From the NCBI GenBank assembly GCA_050951805.1, contig JBMNJT010000008.1, positions 320,001 through 384,000 on the forward strand: 64,000 nucleotides of DNA, in the 5' to 3' direction. Of this stretch, positions 9,377-19,600 are shown piece by piece. Source of the stretch: Bacillota bacterium (GTDB taxonomy: Bacteria; Bacillota; DTU025). The notes beneath the pieces are model-generated. The model saw only the letters and a list, made by a program, of their open reading frames with translations, was not told the DNA's origin and made no database searches. Position numbers and translations under genes: made by a program. Position 1 is the stretch's first letter. Every line of letters starts with the position of its first letter.

Positions 9377-10164
9377 GCTTTTGCATGGGGGATTGCGAGG
9401 CTTGTAATGATTGAGGGACTGGGACAGAGGCAGCAAGGCGGGAGAGCTCGAACTTGGTTGATCCCGCCTTGCTATTTCTAGTGGTCAGGACCCTCTGGGC
9501 AATAAGTGGCTCTTCGAACACCAAGTGTAAATAAATGGCTGCGATTGCGCGTGGCTCAGGCACCTCGATGGCTACCATTACAGTATCTACTGCCACGTGC
9601 CGTTTAGGAATGTAGCGAAGTATGTAGATGATCTGCCAGTTGCCTTGTTGGGCAGTGCCGACTGTGTAGTGGACAGATGGGTGAGGCTTGGGGAGAAGGA
9701 GCCTTTGTTTTGCTCCTAGGCTGCGGTATGCCCCGGACGAATATGAAACATTGAGCTATCATGGCTGTCGACCACGAGCATGCCATGTCACAAGTTGGAG
9801 GTGAATGGCACGGTCCTGTAGCCAAAGCCGTATGCGGGAACGAAGCATGGGGTGCCGGTCTCCTGTGGGCCTCGCACTTTAGCGCGCCCGATATCGCGGT
9901 TACGATCGCCGGCCAGAAAGCCTCTTGACTTTTGCTAGTACGTCCGTTTGACGCTTGGATTGGGTTGCAAGCTAACTCTGTGAATGTGAATCCTGTCACT
10001 ATGGACGATGATTTTGTGAAGTGATAAGCTTGGATAGAATCAAGCCCTGCTTCAGAAAGGGAAATGAAAAAGGCGGCATTGGTTCGGGATGTAATTCGTA
10101 CAAGCCTTGTTCCACCGGTTGCTTGATCTTCAAGCGGTTGGGCTGTCTAGAAGCCGATTGTATA

Positions 10165-10628
10165 GTCGGGTACATCACGTCTATTGTGAAATCCAAGGGG
10201 CTTTCGGTTATCGCTAATGGCAAGGGTAATTGCTCCGGCAGCTTAGATCTGCACTACCATCGCCTAAGCGGTATTGGGTAAGGACTGCACAGTTGTTGAT
10301 GCGATCATCGATACAGTTGAGACAAAAGTCGATTTTGGTGAAGATTTCAAGGCAGGCTCTGATCTGACTGCTGAGTGCAAGACCAAGAGAGGAACATACG
10401 GCATGAAGAAGGCCTCTGTCATCAAGAAAGAATGGCACAGGCAGATTGTGGAGATTGAGAAGTGGATGGCCGGCAAGACTATTGCAGACATCAGGCTATG
10501 AAGGTTAAAAGCGGCGTGAGGCCGTTTATACCGGATTGCTACGTGCTCCTGAGCTCATTTCTCACGTTGCTGTGAGTGTCGAAGATTACATCGCTACTGT
10601 TGCAAAGGCCTACAAGAGCGCAAGATAA
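10165..10628 (+). pseudogene. Decayed FMN-binding (flavinylation substrate) lipoprotein
   Basis: Pieces 'GYITSIVKSK', 'IIDTVETKVDF', 'YGMKKASVIKKEWHRQIVEIEKWMAGKT', 'VSVEDYIATVAKAYKSAR*' separated by stops and frameshifts; directly upstream of apbE. Confidence 0.65.
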
Positions 10629-10758
10629 GGGTAGGACAGACTTCTTGATCCATTTGGCTGATCACGCACCTCTCTCATCTCAGATGGGGGAGGTTTCTCT
10701 CAGTCTTTTCGTGCTAAATAGGCAGTGTACTGGTGAATATAAGCGAGTGGTGGTGCCG

Positions 10759-11859
10759 ATGACAAAGACTGCTTCAAAGTGCATGGCACTGATTTTAGCA
10801 GGCGTTTTGCTGGCATTTGCGGTTGTGACCTGCCAGAAGGCCAAAAACAGATATACCAAGTATACCGACACCTTCTTCGACGCCTTTGATACTCTGGTGA
10901 CAGTTGTGGTTTATGTCCAGAGTGAAGAGGAATTCGATTCGTACTATCAACAGATCCGCGCGAGATTCCTTGAGCTTCATAGGCTGTATGACAAGTATAA
11001 CGAGTATGAAGGGATCAACAACATAAAGACGATAAATGATAATGCTGGAATAAGGCCTGTCCAGGTAGAACAGGAGATAATCGATCTTATCCTTTTTTCG
11101 AAGGATTGGTGCGCACGCACAGGCGGGAAGACAAATATTGCCCTCGGTTCGGTGCTCGAGATTTGGCACGAATATCGGGAACAAGGCCTGTATGATCCGG
11201 CCAGCGCGAAGCTCCCGCCCATGGAAGATCTGCTCGAGGCTGCGCAGCATATTGACATAGACAAAGTGATAGTAGATGCAGAAAACGGCACAGTATTCCT
11301 GAGCGATAGTGAGATGAGCCTGGATGTAGGCGCTGTAGCGAAGGGTTACGCGACTGAGGTAGTTGCCAGAGAGATGATGGCTGCTGGGCTCAAGTCGGGC
11401 ATGATAAGTGCAGGCGGAAACGTTCGGGCGATTGGGAAACCACTTGACGGCGTTCGCGAGTGCTGGGGCGTGGGAATACAGAATCCCGTTGAGTCCATCG
11501 TCGCCGATGACGGCGTGCTCGATGTGGTATTCGTCAACGATGCATCCGTAGTGAGCAGTGGCGACTATCAGAGGTATTATGTTGTGGACGGAACGGTCTA
11601 TCACCACTTGATAGACCCGGCGACGCTGATGCCTGCGCGATACTATCATGCAGTTACAGTAGTAACGGAGGACTCTGGGGTAGCGGATTTCCTGTCCACC
11701 GCAGTGTTTCTCTTGCCATACGATCAGAGCAGATCACTCGTCGAGAATCTCGATGGGGTAGAGGCTCTGTGGGTTATGCCCGATGGGAAAGTGGAAGCAA
11801 CTAGCGGCATGAAGAGGATAATGAGGAGCCATGGCGCGTCGGGGACAAAGGCCATGTAG
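10759..11859 (+). CDS. apbE: FAD:protein FMN transferase (ApbE/FmnB)
   Basis: 'LDVGAVAKGYA', 'SAGGNVRAIG', 'VVSSGDYQRY', 'YHHLIDP', 'ADFLSTAVF'; signal ending VVT-C. Confidence 0.93.
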   Translation: MTKTASKCMALILAGVLLAFAVVTCQKAKNRYTKYTDTFFDAFDTLVTVVVYVQSEEEFDSYYQQIRARFLELHRLYDKYNEYEGINNIKTINDNAGIRPVQVEQEIIDLILFSKDWCARTGGKTNIALGSVLEIWHEYREQGLYDPASAKLPPMEDLLEAAQHIDIDKVIVDAENGTVFLSDSEMSLDVGAVAKGYATEVVAREMMAAGLKSGMISAGGNVRAIGKPLDGVRECWGVGIQNPVESIVADDGVLDVVFVNDASVVSSGDYQRYYVVDGTVYHHLIDPATLMPARYYHAVTVVTEDSGVADFLSTAVFLLPYDQSRSLVENLDGVEALWVMPDGKVEATSGMKRIMRSHGASGTKAM

Positions 11860-12684
11860 TATTTGGGCTTTTCGGCATGAAACAGTTGATCATGCCGGAG
11901 AATCACAATGTGCCACGTAATCCTTCAATTCCTCGATGGACTCACCAGTAGGTGTTCGAAGTCCGTTTTCCGCCAGCAATGTTTGGCAGTTCTTGGTCCT
12001 ATCAACCTGCTTCAGGTTCTCGATTTGCACTTTCTACTCTCGCAATCAAAGGGAGACAATGCAGATACTTGGGGCTTCGTTTGAGTTCAATCTTGCCTAG
12101 GTCAAGGAGTATCGACAGAACTAAGAAAGGGACTGGAATATGTTCATCGAATGAGGCGCCGGCATGTGCGGTGACATGAATCCTTTTCGTAGCCTTGGCG
12201 CAATCGCTAATGGTGTGGGAGTGGAATCGGGCTCATTGACGGCGCTGATGCAGCGGTGAAAATCGTCTACAAACGGATCCGTGTCGCGGGCAAAGTTGGG
12301 CTAGCCATGTGTACGCTTCCTCTCCTGGTGTGACACGTTAGTATTACTTGCATACGGGCTGAGCTTTTGATTTTGTGGTAGTGCGTGAATTCTCCGGTCA
12401 CAGCGGGGAGCGCATCATGCTTGCTGCACCTGCCTGTTCTTGGGGAGCAGACTCCTGGCGGTTTTCCTCCTTTCTTTAATGCGTCGGCGATGCGTGTTGA
12501 TTTGATAGGATGGAGCGATTAATGCGGGTCGGACTCCGCTGTTGCCTGCGAAAGCCTGTGTTGGTTGCTTTGTGTGAAGGCATGCGGAGCGTTGCTATGC
12601 CGGGACATAGGCTGCTGCACAGGACCAGTGTTTTGCAGGAAAGCATGCCACTTGAATTTGTTCACGAATGGCTGAAATTGATTC

Positions 12685-12713
12685 TTGGCAAGGCGGGTCG
12701 GCTTTGATATAAT
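12685..12713 (+). promoter_or_regulatory. sigmaA promoter for the T-box leader
   Basis: TTGGCA-17bp-TATAAT with extended TG. Confidence 0.8.
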
Positions 12714-12736
12714 AACAGCCAATAAGCATACAGCAC

Positions 12737-13030
12737 AAAGACGATGACCGAGAAGAAGTAGGACATGACGTAGGCCCGACAGAGAGTTCCCGGCTGGTGT
12801 GAGGGGCGGGGTTGTTATGTCTGAATACATCTTGGTAGTCGCTCACCCAAAGGCGCATTGACGCCCGGTAGGCTGAGACGGATTCACCCGTTACAGTGAT
12901 AGAGTATCGCGCACTATTAGCGCCGTACTTGAAAAGGCCGGCAACGCGAGTTGTCGGCAAATTGAGGTGGTACCACGGGATTTGGCGCTCGTCCTCTTGC
13001 TAAGGCAGGGGACGGGCGCTTCTTGCTTTC
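12737..13030 (+). ncRNA. T-box riboswitch, Tyr (UAC) specifier, transcriptional type
   Basis: Stem I with GA motif, AGUA (12757), AGAGA (12781), GGUG loop, GAA-UAC-A specifier loop (12823-12829); T-box AATTGAGGTGGTACCACGG (12960-12978); terminator GGCGCTCGTCCTCTTGC-TAAG-GCAGGGGACGGGCGCT-TCTT. Confidence 0.92.
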
Positions 13031-13090
13031 CCCGCAATATGGGCGTGCTGGCGCCAAAGGGCACTCCCAAGTTAAAGGAGTGTATTTTTG

Positions 13091-14539
13091 ATGGCAAACG
13101 TAAGGTTCTTCACAGATCAGCACTTGCCCCTGGAGATGCACAAGGTGCGTATCGTACAGAAGCTGAATCTTCCTCCTATCGAGCGCAGGCTAGAGGCTAT
13201 CACCGAGGCAGGAAACAACACATTTCTTCTTCAGAATCGGGACATCTTTCTGGACATGCTCACAGACAGCGGGGTCAATGCCATGAGCGATCAGCAGTTG
13301 GCGGCGATGATGATAGCTGACGACAGCTATGCAGGCTCTGAAACTTTCACCAAGTTGGAAAACAAGGTGATCGAGCTTTTCGGCATGCCTCACTTTCTCC
13401 CTGCCCATCAGGGACGTGCCTGTGAGCATATTATTGCGTCAACCTTGGTTAAGCCCGGCAATGTCGTGCCGATGAACTTCCACTTTACTACCAGCAAAGC
13501 GCATATTGTTAGATGTGGCGGCATCGTTCGCGAGCTACTGATCGACGAGGGCCTCAAGCCTACAAGCGAGTTTCCGTTCAAGGGAAACGTTGACCTGAAC
13601 AAGCTGAGGCAGGTAATTGAGGAGGAGGGAGCAGGCAACATACCATTTGTTCGGCTGGAGGCGGGCACAAACTTGATTGGCGGGCAGCCTCTCTCGTTGG
13701 AGAATGTCCGCGAGGTTACGGCAGTCTGTCACTCCAACGGCATCCCAGTCGTACTCGATGCCAGCCTTCTTCAGGACAACTTGTATTTCATCCACGAGCG
13801 TGAGGAAGCATGTAAAGATATGAGCATACGAGAGATCACCCGTGCACTCGCCGACGAGGTGGATGTCATCTACTTCTCCGCGCGCAAACTAGGCTTTGCA
13901 AAGGGCGGAGGGATCTGTATCCGCGACCGTGTCATGTTCGAGAAGATGCGGGAGTTGGTACCCCTCTTCGAAGGTTTCTTGACATACGGCGGCATGTCAG
14001 TGCGGGAGATGGAGGCGATTGTGGTCGGACTTGACGAAACAATGGATGAGGATGTAATCTCCCAGGGACCACAGTTCATCCAGTTCATGACCGATGAGCT
14101 TCGCAGGGCCGGCGTGCCGGTTGTCACCCCTCCTGGAGGGCTGGGATGCCATCTAAATGCAATGGAATTTCTGCCTCATGTAGAGCAAGGCCAGTATCCC
14201 GCCGGCGCACTGGCGTCCGCGCTCTACATTGCTGGTGGGGTGCGAGGAATGGAGCGTGGAACCATGAGCGAGGCGCGCGAGCCTGATGGCAGAGAGGTTT
14301 TTTCTCAGATGGAACTGCTGCGTCTTGCGATGCCGCGACGCGTCTTCACACTCTCTCAGGTTAAATATGCGATCGACCGCATCATCTGGCTCTACGAGCA
14401 CCGGGATCTGATCGGGGGGTTGACCTTTGTTGAAGAACCGGCGATCCTCCGCTTTTTCTTCGGCAAGCTGAAACCCACTTCGGATTGGCAAACTGATCTG
14501 GCGAAGGCTTTTCGAGAGGACTTCGGGGACAGCTTGTAG
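13091..14539 (+). CDS. tpl: Tryptophanase/tyrosine phenol-lyase family PLP beta-eliminating lyase with TPL-type residues
   Basis: 'DMLTDSG', 'DDSYAGS', 'HQGRACE', PLP Lys in 'FSARKLG', 'TYGGM'; TPL-type 'HFTT', 'MERG', 'LRFF'. Confidence 0.85.
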   Translation: MANVRFFTDQHLPLEMHKVRIVQKLNLPPIERRLEAITEAGNNTFLLQNRDIFLDMLTDSGVNAMSDQQLAAMMIADDSYAGSETFTKLENKVIELFGMPHFLPAHQGRACEHIIASTLVKPGNVVPMNFHFTTSKAHIVRCGGIVRELLIDEGLKPTSEFPFKGNVDLNKLRQVIEEEGAGNIPFVRLEAGTNLIGGQPLSLENVREVTAVCHSNGIPVVLDASLLQDNLYFIHEREEACKDMSIREITRALADEVDVIYFSARKLGFAKGGGICIRDRVMFEKMRELVPLFEGFLTYGGMSVREMEAIVVGLDETMDEDVISQGPQFIQFMTDELRRAGVPVVTPPGGLGCHLNAMEFLPHVEQGQYPAGALASALYIAGGVRGMERGTMSEAREPDGREVFSQMELLRLAMPRRVFTLSQVKYAIDRIIWLYEHRDLIGGLTFVEEPAILRFFFGKLKPTSDWQTDLAKAFREDFGDSL

Positions 14540-14761
14540 TGGATTGGATATTTCCACATATCCTGGGGCCAAGACGGGTTCGGGATACCCGGATGTGCAC
14601 GTCCCAAGGCTGTTAGGAATCGATTGGGCTCCACCGCGGGGGAAGGCTTGGTTAACAGCCGAACTCTTGCAGGCCACGGCAGGGAAGGGGCGGGTTCTGT
14701 GCCTTGAAACTAGAGGATGTGGCACCTGAGCTGAAGTGGGCGTACATGCATCGATCAATCT

Positions 14762-14793
14762 GGGGGCGTGAACCATGCGGAGTTCGCGCCCCC
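14762..14793. terminator. Hairpin between convergent genes
   Basis: GGGGGCGTGAAC / GTTCGCGCCCCC; no clear U-tract. Confidence 0.45.
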
Positions 14794-14852
14794 CAGGGTA
14801 GGTTCAGCTGCCACAAGATCTCGGCTGCTCAACTCTGCACTGCACGTAGAGA

Positions 14853-15389
14853 CTAGAAACAGTATCCAAGGCTGACGCCGTATACTATTCCGCCTTCCTC
14901 CAGCTTCTTATCGATTATGAAGGCTTCATATCCGACCTCGCCTGCAAAGCGTATCTTGTTGAACATCATCTCCAGACCAGCAGTGGCCTGTAGACCAGGG
15001 AGTGTTGCCGAAGCGCCCATTGCATTGGCGATGAGGGCGGTTCCGCTGACCCCGACGTAAGGATTGAAATCTCCGAGCATGACATAATACCTGGCTCCGA
15101 GAGCGGCACTGTACAGACCAATGTCGACGGTAGGCCCGTCATCTACTTCCGCCTTAAGGAAACCAGCGGTGCATGCGGCAGCGATCGCAAACCCGTTATC
15201 GAACCTGTATTCCAGCTCGAGACCAGCATTGATGCCAGGATAAGCTAAGGCAAGGTCGCCAACGGCTCCCTTGTACTTTGCGCCGATAAAGGTGCGGCTG
15301 TTTGCCGACGCTGAAGTGGCCAATCCAAGAAGAAGGACCAGTGACAGGGCACATGACACCAGTAGTGTGCTGCGAGACTTCACTTGCAT
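14853..15389 (-). CDS. Outer-membrane beta-barrel protein (OmpW/OmpA-like, ~8 strands)
   Basis: Signal peptide ending ASA-N; alternating strands 'AGLELEYRF', 'LGARYY', 'FNPYVGV'; C-terminal 'SLGYCF'. Confidence 0.8.
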   Translation of the reverse strand: MQVKSRSTLLVSCALSLVLLLGLATSASANSRTFIGAKYKGAVGDLALAYPGINAGLELEYRFDNGFAIAAACTAGFLKAEVDDGPTVDIGLYSAALGARYYVMLGDFNPYVGVSGTALIANAMGASATLPGLQATAGLEMMFNKIRFAGEVGYEAFIIDKKLEEGGIVYGVSLGYCF

Positions 15390-15969
15390 GACCTCCCAAA
15401 TAGGTAGTTGGTAGGATTGTCTAGGTTTCAAGAATCCAACAAGCTCTTGCGCTGGGCTGATGCAGACCGACTGCTGGTCTGTCCGCTAGCCCTGCGTCAA
15501 TACTACATTCTGCAATCACCTCCAGAATTCACGAATTATGGATGAAACAGAAGCAGTATATGTATGCCAATGCAATTCGGCAAAAGGGTTCCCGAACCTC
15601 CCGCACATGCGGCCTATAAATCGCCAGATGCATGCCAGGCATTCCCAGAAGCCATGTATAGCTGGCGCCCGTCGGAATACGTCAAATAGCGCGATAATTG
15701 GGGCAGCAGGATTGGCGGTGTGATAGCTCAAAAGACTCGTCTGGAGGTCCACCGGGTGAAGGGCTTGGATTCTGAGCTGATTGGAAAAACGCTACCGGAT
15801 TCATTCTCTCGTGTGGTGCGGAGGGGTGGCCCGAGACTTCATACGAACTAGGCAGGGCGATTCTGCAACTGCAGAGAGCAAAGAAGCGTGAATTCAATGA
15901 AAGGCAATTGAGTGTCTCATTGAGTGGAAGACGAAGAAAATACGGTGACGGACAATTATTAGACGGTCC

Positions 15970-16680
15970 TTGGTGGCAGTCGCCCGGTCCGACCTGGCAT
16001 TTGACACTCCGGTCGCCATGAAATCCTCTGGCGCGGCAGCAACCGGGAGCGATCGTCCGGGATACTCCTACTACTTTGCGTACTGTGCCTATGCGCTGCT
16101 TGCCATGGTCATGACGGGCGTAAGCTCCATCATGATGTCGTTCAATAGGCCCGATCTCTACTTGCGCAACTTGTGCGCGCCATTGCCGGGCACGAGCATG
16201 AGCCTGCAGTTGGCTGCCGGACACGCGGTGTTTGCCCTGGGTTGCTGGGCCATACTCGTAGTAGGCAGCTTCGTGCTGCACGGCGAAAGCTTGGTGTCGT
16301 CGGGGTTAGCAGGGCTGTATTCCCTCAACACGTTGGCATTCGCAGCGGTGAGTGCGTGCATAGGTTTTCTCGTGGGCGGCTCCGTGAAGAGTAATGGCGC
16401 ACAAGCGGGAGCGATCAACGTCATCACTCTTGGCATGACCTTCCTGTGTGGTGTGTTCGTACCCCAGTCAATCATGAGCAAGTCGGTGCTGTCGTTCGGA
16501 AGGTTTTTGCCAACGTACTGGTTCATCCGGGCGAACGATGCCATAGGGGAGATTTCGAGCTTCACTGCGGATAGCCTGCGTCCCATCTATGGCAGCATCC
16601 TGATCCAGCTGGGGTTCGCTGTGGCCATATTCTCGGTGACGTTGCTTCTGAGCAGAGAGCGAAGGCTGTCGCATCTCTAG
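15970..16680 (+). pseudogene. 5'-truncated ABC-2 type permease
   Basis: 'LGMTFLCGVFVPQSIM...FLPTYWFIRAN'; N-terminal half missing; preceded directly by an IS-end-like CAATTATTAGACGGTCC. Confidence 0.7.
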
Positions 16681-16856
16681 GGCCAAGCCGCCTACGCAAT
16701 GCAGGTTCCAAGAGACTGGACGAGCCAACGCCGCCCGGATTATCGTGACGCGGGTGGCGGCATGTTGAGACATCAGTGGCTGCCTGATTGTGCTAAGATG
16801 CTTTTGGAGCATCACACATGTTGACGCTTCGGACGCAATGCTTGGGAGGAACTCAG

Positions 16857-17699
16857 ATGAGAACTGAGCAGGAGATGATGGGCCTGATTCTCGGCGTAGC
16901 GGCGGCCAATGAGCGCGTGCGCGCGGTGGTCATGAATGGTTCGCGCGCAGACCCCAACGCTCCCCGGGATATCTTCCAAGACTACGATATTGTCTACTAC
17001 GTGACAGACATAGATTCATATGCAGAAGACAGAAGCTGGGTCGACATCTTCGGCGAGCGAATGATAATGCAGATGCCCAAGTCCGATTGCTGCCTTGTCT
17101 ATCTCATGCAGTTCACAGACGGAAACAGGATCGATCTCACTTTGGTGCCTCTGTTCGAAAAGCAGGAATTCAGCACAAAGGACAAGCTTGCAGTGGCCTT
17201 GATGGACAAGGACAATGTTCTTCCACCATTGCCTTCGCCCACAGATGAGGATTACTGGGTACGACCGCCGTCCCGTCAGGACTATGATGAGTGCTGCAAC
17301 GAGTTCTGGTGGGTGGCTGTTTATGTGGCGAAGGGGCTGTGCAGGCGGGAGATTCTTTATGCCAAATGGCGCCTGGATAGAATCGTAAGGGAGATGCTCC
17401 TTCAGATGTTGGAGTGGGAGGCCGGCATAGCGACTGACTTCTTGGTGAGCATGGGCAAGTGCAGGAAGCGCCTCGAGGCGCATTTACCTGAGGAACAATG
17501 GCAGGCTCTGTTGCTTACGTATGCAGACGGAAGCTATGAGGGCACATGGAATTCGCTGTTTGCAGCGTGCGATCTGTTTCGTCAGACGGCGAAGTTCGTG
17601 GCTTCGCACTTTGGCTATGAATATCCGGGCGGCGACGATCAACGCGTCGGCAAGCACTTGGAGTGGCTACGGGATCTCTGCGCGTCTTCCGGCGTGTAG
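16857..17699 (+). CDS. Aminoglycoside 6-adenylyltransferase (ANT(6)/AadK family)
   Basis: 'MRTEQEMM', 'MNGSRADPNAPRDIFQDYDIVY', 'GNRIDLTL', 'CCNEFWWV..YVAKGL.RRE'. Confidence 0.9.
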   Translation: MRTEQEMMGLILGVAAANERVRAVVMNGSRADPNAPRDIFQDYDIVYYVTDIDSYAEDRSWVDIFGERMIMQMPKSDCCLVYLMQFTDGNRIDLTLVPLFEKQEFSTKDKLAVALMDKDNVLPPLPSPTDEDYWVRPPSRQDYDECCNEFWWVAVYVAKGLCRREILYAKWRLDRIVREMLLQMLEWEAGIATDFLVSMGKCRKRLEAHLPEEQWQALLLTYADGSYEGTWNSLFAACDLFRQTAKFVASHFGYEYPGGDDQRVGKHLEWLRDLCASSGV

Positions 17700-17834
17700 G
17701 GACCGCTCTTCTGGCAGTTCGTGATGTATTGACTACCTCCAGCCAGCCGAAGAACGCGAGTCCGCTCGCGACATTCGACTTGCAGAAACCCTGGGCACCG
17801 TATCGCAATCTCAGCACAGCACAAGGAGGGATTT

Positions 17835-18668
17835 ATGATGATCGAGTTGCCCGAGGCCACGACAATTGCCGAACAAGTGTGTACAGCTCTTACAGGCAAG
17901 AGGATCGAGAGCGTCACCGCAAACCACTCTCCGCACAAGTTCGCCTGGTTTTACGGCGATCCCGGTGAATACGATAATCTGCTCAAAGGCCAGACCGTTG
18001 AGAATGCGATTCCCTGCGGAGGCTTGGTGGAGATATGGGCTGGCCCCGCGCGGATTCTCTTTGGCGACGGTGTTAATCTGCGCTACCATCCTGCAGGAGA
18101 GAAGGCGCCGGCAAAGCACCAGCTTCTCATCGAATTCTATGACTCATCATCACTCAGTGGCTCTGTGCAGATGTATGGAGGGTTGTGGGCGTTTCGCGCC
18201 GGGCAGTTCGATAATCCATACTACCTGGTCGCTCAGGAGAAGCCCTCGCCTCTGACAGATCAATTCAATTACTCTTACTTTGAATCCCTGCTGGAAGGGG
18301 AGAAGCGCCAACCCCTATCTGCAAAGGCCTTTCTTGCGACAGAACAGCGCATACCTGGGCTCGGGAATGGAGTCTTGCAGGACATCCTGTGGACGGCCAG
18401 AATTCATCCGAAGCGAAAAGTGGCGGCCCTGTCCGACGAAGAACTCCATGTCCTCTTCGGCTCGGTCAAGTCTGTGCTCAAACAGATGGCAGCTGAAGGT
18501 GGCAGGGACACCGAGCGCGATCTATATGGCTGTCCGGGGCGATACAAGACGATCCTTAGCAGAAACACGGTAGATAAGCCATGCCCGGCCTGCGGGAGCG
18601 CCATCAAGAAGGCAGCATACATGGGCGGGAGCGTGTACTACTGTGAAGGGTGCCAAGGCAGGCATTGA
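17835..18668 (+). CDS. Fpg/Nei family DNA glycosylase-like protein
   Basis: 'MIELPE', H2TH 'IPGLGNGVLQDIL..ARIHP', Zn finger 'CPAC...YYCEGCQ'. Confidence 0.88.
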   Translation: MMIELPEATTIAEQVCTALTGKRIESVTANHSPHKFAWFYGDPGEYDNLLKGQTVENAIPCGGLVEIWAGPARILFGDGVNLRYHPAGEKAPAKHQLLIEFYDSSSLSGSVQMYGGLWAFRAGQFDNPYYLVAQEKPSPLTDQFNYSYFESLLEGEKRQPLSAKAFLATEQRIPGLGNGVLQDILWTARIHPKRKVAALSDEELHVLFGSVKSVLKQMAAEGGRDTERDLYGCPGRYKTILSRNTVDKPCPACGSAIKKAAYMGGSVYYCEGCQGRH

Positions 18669-18817
18669 TACGGTGGAATGAATGAAGCCAGCGGTGATCG
18701 CAATGTCTCGCTCAACGGAAATGCTTGGCGTTGTGCAGAACGACAAGGCGCGCCTAGTCAGCGGATTGCAGAGGGATTGCCACTGGTTCTGTTCCCTGTA
18801 GGGAAAGGCTGATGACG

Positions 18818-19408
18818 CTAGATCTCTAAATGGACAGGAAGTCCATAGAGTCGGACTGTACACCTGTTCTCAGTGATGATAGGGGCTTCCGAATCCCAGC
18901 GGGGCGAGAGCATCATTCCTCTATCTGGGATGTCACAAAACGGCGATGGCTGCTCATAAAGGTTGTTCATTATGGATGCCTCAAGCCTTTCAAGGATCCG
19001 TGGCTCAGTTCCCACGTCCGCAGCAAAGATGCGAAACCCTTGAAGTTGCTCTCTGGCAGCGTTAAGGATCTCTTGCCTTCGCTTTTCAAAGTCCGCCCGT
19101 TTTTCCGGGGACCACCCCCATCCATGCCATATCTCTTTTCGAATACCCTGCTGCATAGCGGCGATGTCTAGGACTGTGTAATCCCCGCTCATGTACTTGC
19201 GAGTATGTTCACGGAATCGTATCGGAATCGAACGGCGCGTGAGCCCGGCTGCGTAGATCAGATAACCATCCTGGTATTCAACTGTCTGCAGATAGACACC
19301 TGGCTGTTTTGGAAGGGGACGCGAATTACCCTCAGTCTCGAATTGCGGCCAGCAATATGGGCCGGTCCACGTAATCTGGATTAAGGGCGCATACCGGGTT
19401 ATGCACAT
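18818..19408 (-). CDS. GIY-YIG-like hypothetical nuclease
   Basis: 'PGVYL...LIYAAGLT...IRFREH...LERLEASI'; start chosen after GAGGTGG. Confidence 0.55.
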   Translation of the reverse strand: MCITRYAPLIQITWTGPYCWPQFETEGNSRPLPKQPGVYLQTVEYQDGYLIYAAGLTRRSIPIRFREHTRKYMSGDYTVLDIAAMQQGIRKEIWHGWGWSPEKRADFEKRRQEILNAAREQLQGFRIFAADVGTEPRILERLEASIMNNLYEQPSPFCDIPDRGMMLSPRWDSEAPIITENRCTVRLYGLPVHLEI

Positions 19409-19600
19409 CTCTGACCACCTCGAACTCCTCATCAAATTGGCTCCATCGGCCCACATAATCTTGATTCGACGCTGACTTCCTGGTTTCCTATGCCAGATAG
19501 CCCGCTGGAAACGCTTCAACCCAGTCAGTCAGAATCGTGCAGTTTGTTGGGCCAGCTGGCGTCAGATGACATAATAGAAAGGGAAGGAGGCGACTCTTCC

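Noticed and set aside
11900-12600. Possible racemase-like remnant ('LIDGADAAVKIV')
   Set aside because: Match too short to support.
13091-14539. Calling the lyase tryptophanase (tnaA) with a TnaC leader
   Set aside because: Diagnostic residues are TPL-type, and the leader is a Tyr T-box with no TnaC-like peptide.
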